A stretch of 64,000 nucleotides of DNA, taken from positions 1 through 64,000 of the forward strand of contig JAAOMT010000735.1 in assembly GCA_016748015.1 (NCBI GenBank). Reading direction: 5' to 3'. Positions 24,772-36,181 of the stretch are shown here, in pieces. Source of the DNA: Geosiphon pyriformis uo1. Its lineage: Eukaryota > Fungi > Glomeromycota. A model generated the notes under the pieces. The model saw only the letters and a program-made list of their open reading frames with translations. It was not told the DNA's origin and did no database searches. Both the position numbers and the translations under genes were made by a program. Positions within the stretch are counted from its first letter, which is position 1, and the number at the start of each line of letters is the position of its first letter.

Positions 24772-26153
24772 ATAAACACACTTACTTATCAGCAATTACA
24801 TCAGTACCTATTGACACTATGTTTCAAGAAAATTTTATCTCAACAGGAACAAAATACTATATGGAAACAAGTGCAAAATTATTTTATTTAAAATGACCAA
24901 CTCTATTGTCGAAAATGATAAAACCATATCACCTCACAACAATTGATTAAGGACAGTGAAAAAGAAGCTATATTATATAGTATGCATTCCAATCCAACTG
25001 CAGGACATTTCAACAAAGATGTGACTCTAAAAAAAACAACAAATCTATATTATTGACCTATGATGTATAAGGATATCTTCGAATATGTTCACAATTGTAA
25101 CTTATGTTAGTAAAGAGGAGGAGCCAGGATAACAGAACCACTTTGACCCATTCCAGTTGGAAATCTATTTGATAGAATTGGAATCGATTTGGTTGGTCTC
25201 TTCTCAATTACATCCAAAGGAAATTGTTACATCACTGTAGCAGTAGACTATCTTATAAAATGGACAGAAGCCAGAACAATCCAAGTAGCTGACACCAAAA
25301 CAGTAGCCAAATTCATACACCAAGATTTAATATGCAGACATGAATGCCTAAAAAAACTGTTATCAAACCAAAGAACACATTTTGTCAATACTATGTTGAC
25401 TAAATTGAGTCAAAATTTTGGTATAAAATGACCGTTATTGTCACCATATCACCCACAAACAAATGGACTGGTGGAATAGTTTAACAGAACATTATGTAAA
25501 GCATTAGCAAAAATAAGTTATGAAAACGAACAAGAATAAGACTTATTCATACCTTCTGTACTCTTTACATATTGAACATTAAAGCAAAATACAACACAGT
25601 TCACACCATTCAAATTAGTCTATGGAAGAAAAACAACGTTACTTATTGAATGAAAAATAGTGTCCTACTCAACAGAAACTATCAACAAAAAAAAATTTGA
25701 AGATATTTTATGCCAAAGAACATATCAACTAATGGAAATGTTAGAAAACAATTGTAGAATAGTGGCTGACAATATTAATAATACTCAAAAATAACAAAAA
25801 GAAAGACATGATAATTACTTACTCAAACAACCAATGGAATTTAAGATTAAAGACCACTGTTACATTATAAAAAAGCAGAAAAACAATGAAACGGAAAGTT
25901 TGATCCAAAGTGAAATGGCCCATTCCACATACACAAAGCGTTAAAAAATAGAGCTTACAAATTACGATTGGAAAACAGGATTTTAAAGAAAGTAGCTTAT
26001 GGAAATTGATTAAAAATTTATCATGCAAAACAACAGTCATCATCATTAATACATCAACTAGAAACACATATTCTATTAATCAGACCAAAAAATATATCAC
26101 AAGATCTGAAACTAATCATCATTATTGAAACTAGACAACATGTAGTAAATTAA
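24772..26153 (+). pseudogene. Stand-alone integrase ORF of C
   Basis: Starts at ATA (ATG in sister element H) 10 nt after the RNase H stop; zinc finger, core and GPF motifs. Confidence 0.88.
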
Positions 26154-26218
26154 ATTGGGAAATTCAAATATATATACTACCTAAAAAACAATGAAAAAAC
26201 GATAGAATCTTTTTTAAC

Positions 26219-26953
26219 ATGGACCTTTCAGATCAAATTTTACAACTTTCAAAACAATTGTTTGATGCGATTTAACAATTTTCTGCTCAAATAGAAATCA
26301 CAATTGATAAAAAAGAGATATGATACAGAGATAGGAGCAAGAAAGAGGTGAACAAGAGTTTAACTAGAACTAAGCTGTCTCATTCTTACAAGTAAACCTC
26401 TTCCTATAAAAGAAAAAGAAAAAGGGATATGGCAGAGATAAGATCTAACACAGCTAAGAAGAAGGAGAAGGTGACAGAAATGGAACTGTGTTGGGTAAGA
26501 ATTGAGGAAATAAGAAAAAGTCTAAACAGGCAAACACCAAAGCTAATAACAGGAAAATAAATACCTAAAAATGCGAAAAAATAGAAAAAGAAACTTCCAC
26601 TCATCTATTGGCTATTTAAAATTGGGTTACAATTAGGATTAAATAGCTCATATGAAGATCTCAACCATCAAATAATCAACAAAGAAGCTCACAGACAAAT
26701 AGAAAAATTCATGGGAAGAAACAACTTAAACCTATACTACAAAGCAATATACTGACTATATTCAGCATTTAAACACTGTCCAATAGTACTACTAGACAAA
26801 ACTCTGAAAACTATCACAGTTAACAACATAGGACAGATGACAAACACCCAATTTGAAGTTCTACAAAAAGCAATACTAAAGGCAACATTCGAGTTCTTTA
26901 TGGAAAACACAAACTTGGCTAAAATAGATGATTTTACAAAAGCTCAATTTTAA
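26219..26953 (+). pseudogene. ORF3 of C (unknown, 245 codons)
   Basis: MDLSDQILQLSKQL...YWLFKIGLQL...TITVNNIGQMTNTQFEVL...DFTKAQF*; frame preserved with internal stops. Confidence 0.82.
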
Positions 26954-26967
26954 AAAGGGAGAGATAA

Positions 26968-27829
26968 TGTTACCTGAGTAGAAAAACCAAAAAGCTATGG
27001 AAAAATGTGACAAAAAAATGTGACAAAAAAAACACAGTACAACTCGAAGTAACACAGAGCAAATGTAAGTAATAGCTAGCAATAGTGAAGCAATTGAAAG
27101 CAATCCTATAAAACCAAAAGAATGTATAAAAGCAAGTAGTTGTAGAAGTTGAAAAGTCAGACAGTTAGTTAGGAATCAATTTTACTTTGTATTATACTTA
27201 TCATATATCTATAGTCCAAAATACAATAAATTATTAAAACCAAATCCAATTTACCAATTCATGTTCTCTCATCTTATGGATTTTAATTGAAATTAAAATC
27301 AGTATTTCCTACTTTTGTTCTAGAACAGATGCCATTGGCATAAACATCTTGAATTCTTAACAATTTGGACCAATTACTCTTGATCACGGCAATAACGGAA
27401 ACTAATTTTTTTCTTTTTTTCTTTTTTTCTTTTTTTTTTTTCTTTTTTTGGAGCAGCAACATAGGAAAATTAACTGTCTTAGAATAAACTTTGTGATAAC
27501 CTAATAAAAGAGGAAAGCTCTCCCTAAGTTTTGGATATTAACATTATCTTGGTAGCTTACCAGAAGGGTAAAAAGACAACACTGGATCCTAACAATTGTG
27601 CTTGTTAGTGCAGAGAAGAAAGTTCACATTTATGGAAAACATTGCAATTGACAAAAGACAAACTCTGTGCCTTATAACCAAAAAACTCAATGGGTAAATT
27701 CACAACCAGAAATAGATCTTCAGAGACTGATAACACTAACACAGTAGAAAAAGCAAACAACTTTGAAAGATAACCCAAAACTAGAGCACCAAACATTACC
27801 ATCATACCCTACCCAGTTTACCCATAACA
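26968..27829 (+). repeat. 3' LTR of C
   Basis: Direct repeat of 7856-8837 with fewer U3 repeats and a shorter poly-T. Confidence 0.93.
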
Positions 27830-28276
27830 ACAGCTAATAACATTCAAAGATTACAAAAAAAACAGAAAAAATGATATGATAACCAATTACCAGATAAACC
27901 AGTTGAATTCAGAATTGGAAACAAAGTATTCTTACATCATACTAAAGTAGAAAAACAATAAAGTGAAAAGTTTGATTACAAATGAAACAGATCATTTTAC
28001 ATAGAAAAAATTCTAGAAAATAGAGCTTATAAATTAAAATAGGACAACAAAATCTTAGCTAAAGCAGTACATGGAAATCAACTGAAACTATATCACAATA
28101 TAATATCATCATTCACCAGTAATATTTCACAACTGAGAGTACAACAAATATTAGTTCAATTAGGTAAAATTCTATGAGATCTAGAATCAATTATAATCAT
28201 CAATACAAACACATCAAAATAATTAAACAGGATAATATATAAAGACATAGTATACACAACAAAAGCAACAATAAAG

Positions 28277-28879
28277 ATGGAAATTACCAATGACATTTAT
28301 TTACTTGCATAACAACTATTCTAACTGATTCAACAACAAAACATAAAAATCATAATCAATCAATAAACTATTTAGTACAAAGAAAACTCAATATAAAATG
28401 CATAAAAAACTGAAAAACACCATAGATAAAATAATAACAAAGTAAAATTATCAATAAAAATACCAAAAACAGCTAAACTATACCAAGAATTGACAAAAAA
28501 AACTTGAAATTAGTGAATACAACAATTTTCAAAAAACTTTTGTTATTATTACTTGAAATAAATCCTGAATATTTAGAACTTGTATGTTAACAAAACAAAA
28601 CAGTTATTCAATACAACAATATTACAGCAACTTGAATAATTTGTGGGAAAGAGCAATCTGTTCACACAAGTCAGAGCCATATATTGACTATATACAGAAT
28701 TTCAAGATCAACCAGCAATGAATATAATTATTATTAACCAATTAAGAAAAATGACCAATGTTCAATTTGAAAAATTACAGATCAAAATAATTCAAGTAAT
28801 TCTCGAAAAAGAAGTCCAGGAGTTAATCAAAAAAGAAGAGTTAGAAGATATAAGAGATCTTAATAAAGCTCAATATTAA
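28277..28879 (+). pseudogene. ORF3 of E1
   Basis: MEITNDIYLLA...INQLRKMTNVQFEKL...KAQY* immediately before the PPT. Confidence 0.75.
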
Positions 28880-29739
28880 AAGGAAGAAATAATATTACTT
28901 ATAGAATATAGAAATTATATATTAGTACACAAATTAGCCAATCAGAATAAAACATAGTAAAAGTAAAATTCTAAGATTTTTTTCAAAAGAATTGCAGGAT
29001 TCCAAAATTCCAGAATTTTTTTCGAGAAATTACAGCATTTCAAGAATTCCAAAATTCCTGGCTAAAAAATTGAGGAATTCAAAAAATCTTATATAACAAA
29101 ATTTATGTATATATAGCAGTAGTATTAGAAGCAAAAAAGACAGAATCCTTAATTGAGAATTTTTAGTTCTAATTCTATACCTATCTTTTCATATAATAGT
29201 ATTCTATAACTTGAAATGAAAACATAAACTATCAATAAAATACTTATTAAATATTACAATCTATTATTCTATTATTAACAATTTATGTTTATAGTTATTA
29301 ATATTTAACTATACTAGACCAATTGCTCTTAATTATGAGTATTAACAAGATACTAACTTTTCTTGTCTTGGCTTATTTCTTTATTTATTTATTTTTTTGT
29401 TTTGTTTATTATTTGCTAATTGACTAAAAATTAAAGTGCTAAGTTACTGATATCAAAGAGACTGGTAAAAAACCCATGAAACAAGGATAGAACACTCATC
29501 ATTGAGAATAGCTTGCCAGAAAAATTACTGGTTATTATGCTGAGAAAAAAATTCGATGAAATTACAATTTTGAAAAGCTACAGAAAAAACAATACTTGAA
29601 TTTCTGTCTATTATACAAAAGACTTAAACTAAAATCTTTAGATCACAAAAACCTTCAAAAATCAACAAACTTACCAGCTATTAAGCTCTAAGTTACAAAT
29701 TTGTTATTTGTTTTCAGACTCCAAATAATTATTATAACA

Positions 29740-31045
29740 ACAATTATTTTCTGGATTAAAATATTCAAAACATCTTCTATATTTTTCATAAGTATTAGAT
29801 CAAAAACTATTCAAATACTACTCTAACTATTAAAAAACAGACTATTATAACTGATAACAGTAGAACACATACTATTATTAAACCAAAAAAACCACTATTA
29901 AAAAAAAAATTAATAGCAAATTAAATAAATATCTGTTGAAAAGCATAACAACAGTAATATGTTCACTTTTCAGCATAATTGGAAAAACATTCCAAAAAAT
30001 CTTGCTTATAAACAAAAACTTGTTATATAAAAGGCAATTAGAACTTTATAGTCACTTTGGTGAAATCATAAAAAATATGAAATTTATAAAGAAAACAATT
30101 TCAAAGATATAAGTAGAAATTTTGGGCATTATACAGTTAAATGTTTCAAAAGTTTTAATTATTGCTAAAAGAGCTAAAACTTTTATACAAAAATTGGTCT
30201 TTTGAATACAAAATTTATTTCATCTTAAATATTATATATTTTATTTACAAAAGACTTTAATAAACTAATTAGTTTTAAGCTAGACAAAACTTTTCAAATA
30301 GATTATCTTATGAATAGCTTGATTTTGCCAAAGCTTAATTTTTTTAGAGAGAATGATATTATGATTAAAACTCATATTTTTTATTAATTATCACATGTAT
30401 TAGCCATTAATATCATATAATTAGCCATTCTATTTTTAAATAGTAATCATTGACCTAATTAATAACTTAAATATTAACTTAATCATTGATTTAGTCATTG
30501 ATCACTTTTAATAACTATATAAGCAGTGAGTCTCTTAGCTATAAAAAAACATAATTAAAGTAACAAAATAAAAACTCATTATTAATTACTTCTTCTTATA
30601 TTACTTATTCTTTTTCTCTATTTTTAAGTATCTGAACATCTTGGAATAAAAAATTACTTGTTGGCATTCACATAACTTATCTTTTTCTCTTTTTAATTTG
30701 TATTATTAAAATTAGTTTGAGAAGTGATTGCTTGCTTTTGTGATTCATTGAATAAAAAAACAATTAAAAAACACAATGATACCTATTATTAATTCTAAAA
30801 ATTGTCAAATTAAGGCATAAAATAATAGCAGTAGTATTATTTTATTGATAATTATAGACTATTTTTCTATTTTCAGATTTCTAAAAAAGATTTATGATTG
30901 TAATTTTTATGAAACTGATCATGTACATTAAATTCTTACTCATTCAATTTACTCCTATATTGTAATTTTCTTTTTGATTATTTCTATCATTTTATAATTT
31001 TGTTTTTTTTTGCTATTTATTAGCTTATTACTCCAATCCATAATA
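29740..31045 (+). mobile_element. 3' end of family-A element A2 (degraded ORF3, PPT, 3' LTR 30357-31045); outermost host of the left nest
   Basis: Matches ORF3 of A (CAATTATTTTCTG...) and the A LTR in reverse orientation; heavily C>T/G>A eroded. Confidence 0.85.
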
Positions 31046-32040
31046 TTATTATTAAAATTATGTTTTTTTTATCAAAAATTTGTCATTTTTTATACTTGAA
31101 ATTTTATAGTTTATATAATTTTATTTACAAAAAATAACACTAAAAAAAGTTTTTTATTGTTAATAAAATATTATAAAACTTAATTATTATTATTAATTTA
31201 TTAAGCTATAATATATTTTAAAAAAGTAATAGTTTAAAATAAATTAACAATAAAAAATAATAAAACTAACTTATTATTAAAAAATGTAATTATGTAAATC
31301 TAAATATATTATAAATAAAAAAATATATATAATGCAATTATAATTATAAAATATTGAATATATTTGATTAAAATCTCTATTTTTATAATTTAAAATGCTT
31401 TTTACAATTTAAACTATTTTATATATTTGATTAGATATAAAGTGCTTTAGATGTTATTTAAAGTAAAAAAATAATATTTAAGACTTAATAAATATATTAA
31501 TACATTACAAAAGCAAAATATAATAAAAAGTATATAAGTCAAAAATAATAATTTTTTTAATTAAAGTTTTAATATAGTTAATTTAGTAATTTAATTAGTT
31601 TATAAATATATATTATTAAAAGATTTATTATAGAAAATAAGCTTAATATTCTAATTATTTGTCTTAATATTAATGTATATAATTATAATTATTTTAATTA
31701 AAATAAAATTTAAATTGTTAATATCAAATAAAAAGATGGCTATTAAAGTTTTATCTTTAGTAATAGCTGTTAAAAAAATTATTTAAAAGACTACTATGTT
31801 ATTTATATAAGAAAAATTAATTAATTTAATTATAAAAAACAATAATAATTAATTTTAAATAATTGTAACGTAAAATTATATTAATTAAAATAATAATAAT
31901 AATTAAAATTAAATATATGGTTTATAAAAATATTTTTAAAATTGAATTGAACAAAATAAATTTTTTGCATTTAAAAAAAAATTAAAAATTTTATTTATTA
32001 TTAAATAGCTGTTTTGTTTTTTTATAGTTATTTTTTTACA
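31046..32040. other. Extremely AT-rich spacer
   Basis: Nearly devoid of G/C; no ORFs. Confidence 0.8.
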
Positions 32041-32214
32041 TTTCAGATATAATATTTTTTAATTTCACAAATCACACGACATCAGATTTTTCGAAAAATT
32101 ACCGGTGAACCGGCAAATTATCAGACACGTAAACCGTTTTCCGAAATTCACATTTAACATATAATTTGCTCTTTAACTTCCAAATCCGTTACACTTAAAG
32201 GAAATCAATCACCA

Positions 32215-34093
32215 ATGGATTATCAACGCCAATTATTAGAAGAGTTAATGGCACCCTTTGAAACAACATCGAAACATAACTTTTGGGATGACGCTGTCTG
32301 TAAACACTTTTTAGTCAAGTTCTGCCCTAACACTCTATTTACTAATACTAAATCCGACCTTGGTAAGTAGTTTTTTGAAGTTTGCCTTTCAAATTCTTAA
32401 TTTTGAAGCAATAGAGTTCCTCATACTTCTTAGTACCTTAGGTCCCTGCACAAAAGTTCACGATGAGAAACTTCGTAAACAGTGAGTTCGAGAAGATCAG
32501 TTCCAAATCAATCCTTTGGGAAGTTATATTAATTTTATTCTCATCTAAAGATATCAAGAAAAAGCTGATCGTGAGAAGTACGGTTATGAAAGTAAATTCT
32601 ACGATCATCTGCAAGCACTTTGTAACGATCTTGATAAAAAAATTCGCAAGGGTAAAGATCGGTTGAGTGTAAGGCCAGATGATGCGGTATGAGACAATAT
32701 CAATATAGGATGTCTTCTTTACGCTTCCTCCATAACAATGTAAATATTTTTTTGGTTTTTTAGCTTTTAAATCCAAACAAAGATGAAAAAGAAGAAAAAA
32801 TGGTTATTTTAGATGAAAAGATAAAAGATCTCTTGATAAAGGTAATAACACAAAATTGGAATTGAATAAAATTTTTTGATAGTTTCAATAATCAAAAGAC
32901 TCAATTCTTGTGATTTCAATCAGATCGAAGAGGCAGGTGAAGAGGGACGGGTGCAAGAAGCACAAACATTAACAAAGGATGTAGAGGCATTACAGAAAGA
33001 GTTGGATTTTTTGAAAAACGTGAGTAGCATTCAAATAGAATCAAATATTGAAAGAAGAGGGATCACATTGAGTGAATCTTCCACTGGGTTGAGAAAGACT
33101 TGATTTTATTTTGTGAGGTAACTCTGTCGATTGGCCTATATGATTGCGGTTTTAAATCCCTAATAAATCGGAGTGCTTAGCACGCGGTGCAATCTGCATG
33201 CTGATTTCTTCTAACTTTGCGTACTCAGCGATGATAGCATTATAATCGACATTATCTGTGTTTTGCTAGCCGTTTTTTGTAACCGCTATGGGCTCCTCTC
33301 TAAAAAGATGAAAAGAATTATCGAGGCGAGACGTATGCAAATCGGTAGACCCTCAATTTTTCTTTTTGCCCTTCACTAACCTTTAAAATTTATTATCCAA
33401 AAAATCCGAAACCAATTCTCCCGTGTGTCTTTCTACTTGTTATCCAACACAGAGCGATGATTCGAATCCACTTTTCAAGCAGGAAAGGCGAATGTTGGTG
33501 TGTGATGTGTGTGGAGCCTTCCTTGTGACAAACGATACCTCCAATCGGTAAATATTTATTTCAACAAAATTTAATTCCTGGATGCAGCGTGAAATCAACG
33601 AATCATTATTCACCTTGAAGTATTTATATAATTGACTATTTTTTATTCAAAGTTTGGAGGCGCATTGGTCTGGGAAACAGCATACAGGCTATAAACAGAT
33701 TAGAGAAACGCTTCAAGAGTGGAAGGTTAGTTTATAGATAAAAAACTCATACACAGTTGACGATCCCGTTAATTAACCCTCTTTCCTTTTCAGGAAATAC
33801 GAAGTAATCCAGTTCGTGAAATAAATACGGTTAGGGATCATAGACGTGAATACCATCGTCACGAACCATATTCACGTAATTTCAGAAAGGAAAAATCAAA
33901 AGAAAGAGATTATTATCGAAGAGATGAACGTGATTATCATGAGAGGGAGTATGAACAGCATCAGCATCATAGAGATTACGATCAACCTCCACAACATCAA
34001 GATCATGATCGTCGTAGAGGCAGTCGAGGTGGAAGTGATCATAGACGCGATCGGGATGAACGAGGAGGCTATCGAAGATATCGTGATGAGTGA
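32215..34093 (+). CDS. LUC7: U1 snRNP-associated splicing factor Luc7 / LUC7-like, 321 aa, 8 exons: 32215-32362, 32442-32481, 32551-32686, 32764-32841, 32924-33019, 33453-33547, 33653-33725, 33794-34093
   Basis: All introns GT-AG, joined frame open (966 nt). ZnF1 VCKHFLVKFCPNTLFTNTKSDLGPCTKVHD; coiled coil EEAGEEGRVQEAQ; ZnF2 VCDVCGAFL...LEAHWSGKQHTGY; R/D/E-rich tail. Confidence 0.95.
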
Positions 34094-34783
34094 GACTTGA
34101 GATGCAGGTAGACCACAATATTTTTATATTCGTTGTTTACGCTGTTTTGATGCTATTGTTCTGTTACTATAAGATATCCAAAATTTCTGCGTTTTTTCCC
34201 ATGGCAAGAGATTTCATGGGAAAGTAGTTTGTCATTTACTTAATCGAAATTTCAAGTAATTTTCAATTTTGAATCAAGTTCATAGAAAACACATAGCTAA
34301 TAAAATCATTGTTTTCTGATTATATTATTATTATTAAACGCATCAACCTTATTCTGACCAAACTTCTTACAATTTTGAATTCAAAAGCTTTTGAACTTGA
34401 GGACCCAGTTGTATTTATTGCTTCACTTCAGTATGATTCAATTTGCTGGGCAGGCTTTCCTGGTACAGATAATATTTCTAATTAAAGATGCCATTCTAAT
34501 TACTATTGTTGTCTTTAGGCAATCAATATCAATCGCAACGGTAATTGCCTATTCCCCAGATAATCTCAAGAACGTCAGAATATTAAATAATCAAACCTTT
34601 GATTCTGAATTATAATAATCCTTGTCTGCGTAATTCCTTACGCTCTTCGAGCTATGCATTGAGGAATTAGAGAATATGATTTAATTGTGCGCTATAGACT
34701 ATCAAAAATGAGTCCGAATATTTTTCAAATGCCAAAATATTTTAATTATAGCTTTTCAATTCATTTATGTTTAATTAGATTCT

Positions 34784-35127
34784 TCAGAGTAAATCTCTAT
34801 TAATAGTCTTCCCGTTATCTAGCTTTAAAATTTATTCCTTTTAAGCTACTAACAGCAACACCCTTAATCCTCTCCAACAATACTCACCCACTTCTTCTTA
34901 CACTCGCGATACTGCAAGAACTGTTTCCCACATTTCTTTTTATTATAATTGTTTCGATCTAAGCAAGCATAAGCGGCTTTTGAGGCCAACTCACAAGGCT
35001 CCAGGTAATGAGAAGGGGATTTATAACGGAAAGCATCATGAATTCCCGGATGAGGAGTTGTTCGCGTAACGCGCACCTTTGGAAAACCTTCTGCACTTGT
35101 GTTACTGGGAGCTCCGTGAGAAGACAT
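34784..35127 (-). CDS. COX23: Mitochondrial twin CX9C protein, cytochrome c oxidase assembly factor COX23-like, about 92 aa; exons 35127-34888 and 34822-34784
   Basis: PCELASKAAYACLDRNNYNKKKCGKQFLQYRECKKKW (CX9C-X10-CX9C); GTGAGT donor after W; 65-nt intron ending AAAG (an alternative AG 4 nt further is possible). Confidence 0.88.
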
Positions 35128-35199
35128 ATGAAAAGATTTGTTTAATAATGCTTATATGATTCAAAATCGCAGTTTATTACAAATATCGAAAATATTTCC

Positions 35200-36180
35200 A
35201 CCTTTATGTTAAAAGATTTAACTTTAAATTTCATTATTTTTATCAATTTATTTTTATTTTTATTAACAATAATTTAATAAGACACAACTTTTTTCTCTTA
35301 TATTTTCATGATTATACTCAGTAATAAAGAAGAAAATTCTTTTTTTTTTGTTGTTTTTAATAGTTTTAATACTTAAAAAGTTCTTTTAAAAGTAAAAACA
35401 ACTAAACAGTGTTTTTCTAAAGCATTTTTTCTAAATAATAAAAACATAGAGCAGTTTTTGGCTACTAAAAGAGCACTTTTTTGGCTTTAAGTAAAGTTTT
35501 TTTTTACATAATATTTTAATTAAAAGTAGTTTTAATATAATTGTGATCTTTATAAAGTCCAAAAGTTTTTAACAAAAAGTTAATAACCAAGCTATTTCTT
35601 TAGGTTTACTTTTTTTTATTTTTGCTTAAATAACCAAAAAAGCTAAGAAATAAAAAAACAATCTTTGTTTTTCTTAAATTCAATATACTTAATCTATTAA
35701 AAATATTTATAAAAAGTGTTTTTTTAATGTTTATTAAATTGTATCTTTTAATTTAAAAATAAAATATTGATTTTTTTGATATTTATATTAGCTTTGTTAT
35801 AACTGTATTAATTATAGTGCGAAGTTATATTTTTTATTTTAATAATAGTAATAGTAATATATTTGTAAAAATTAATTTTTATCAGTTTTAAAAACCCAAA
35901 AAAATTTTTATATACAATTTTTATATACAATTTTTATAAATTAATTTTAAAAATTAAATTAATAAAATAAAAATTAAAAAATTATTAATTTTAATAATAT
36001 TTAAAAAAATTTTAATTATTAAAAATAAAAACTTTTTTTTTTATGTTCAAAAATTTTTTTATTTTTACTGTTTTATATATTTTTTATATTTTGCAAAATA
36101 TTAATTTTTTTATGCAAAAATTAATGATTATTAATAATAATAATATATAAAAAAAAAGTTAATAAGAAATATTATTTATA
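35200..36180. other. Extremely AT-rich spacer
   Basis: Very low GC, no ORFs; probably end-stage eroded repeat. Confidence 0.7.
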
Positions 36181-36181
36181 A

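Larger units (their letters stand above)
7856..27829 (+). mobile_element. Full-length Ty3/gypsy element C (about 9.9 kb without nested B), dUTPase-bearing, degenerate
   Basis: LTRs 7856-8837 and 26968-27829; TSD GCAG/ACAG; PBS at 8840-8856; PPT AAAAAGGGAGAGATAA before 26968. Confidence 0.95.
7648..29739 (+). mobile_element. 3' part of Ty3/gypsy element E1 (integrase 7648-7855 and from 27834, ORF3, 3' LTR 28893-29739), host of C
   Basis: Integrase sequence resumes exactly across the C insertion (AGAGCAG|CTAATAAC, compare B 18901); PPT at 28880-28892; LTR homologous to E2 and F LTRs. Confidence 0.88.

Noticed and set aside
33130-33210. Possible C/D snoRNA in LUC7 intron 5 (ATGATT...CTGA)
   Set aside because: C box imperfect and no clear terminal stem; cannot be supported without an Rfam search.
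33846-34118. ORFs 33846-34100 (+), 33882-34118 (-) and 32438-32776 (-)
   Set aside because: Alternative-frame or antisense shadows of LUC7 exons.
34391-34615. 74-aa ORF between LUC7 and COX23
   Set aside because: TTG start and no recognisable motif; lies in the convergent 3' UTR region.
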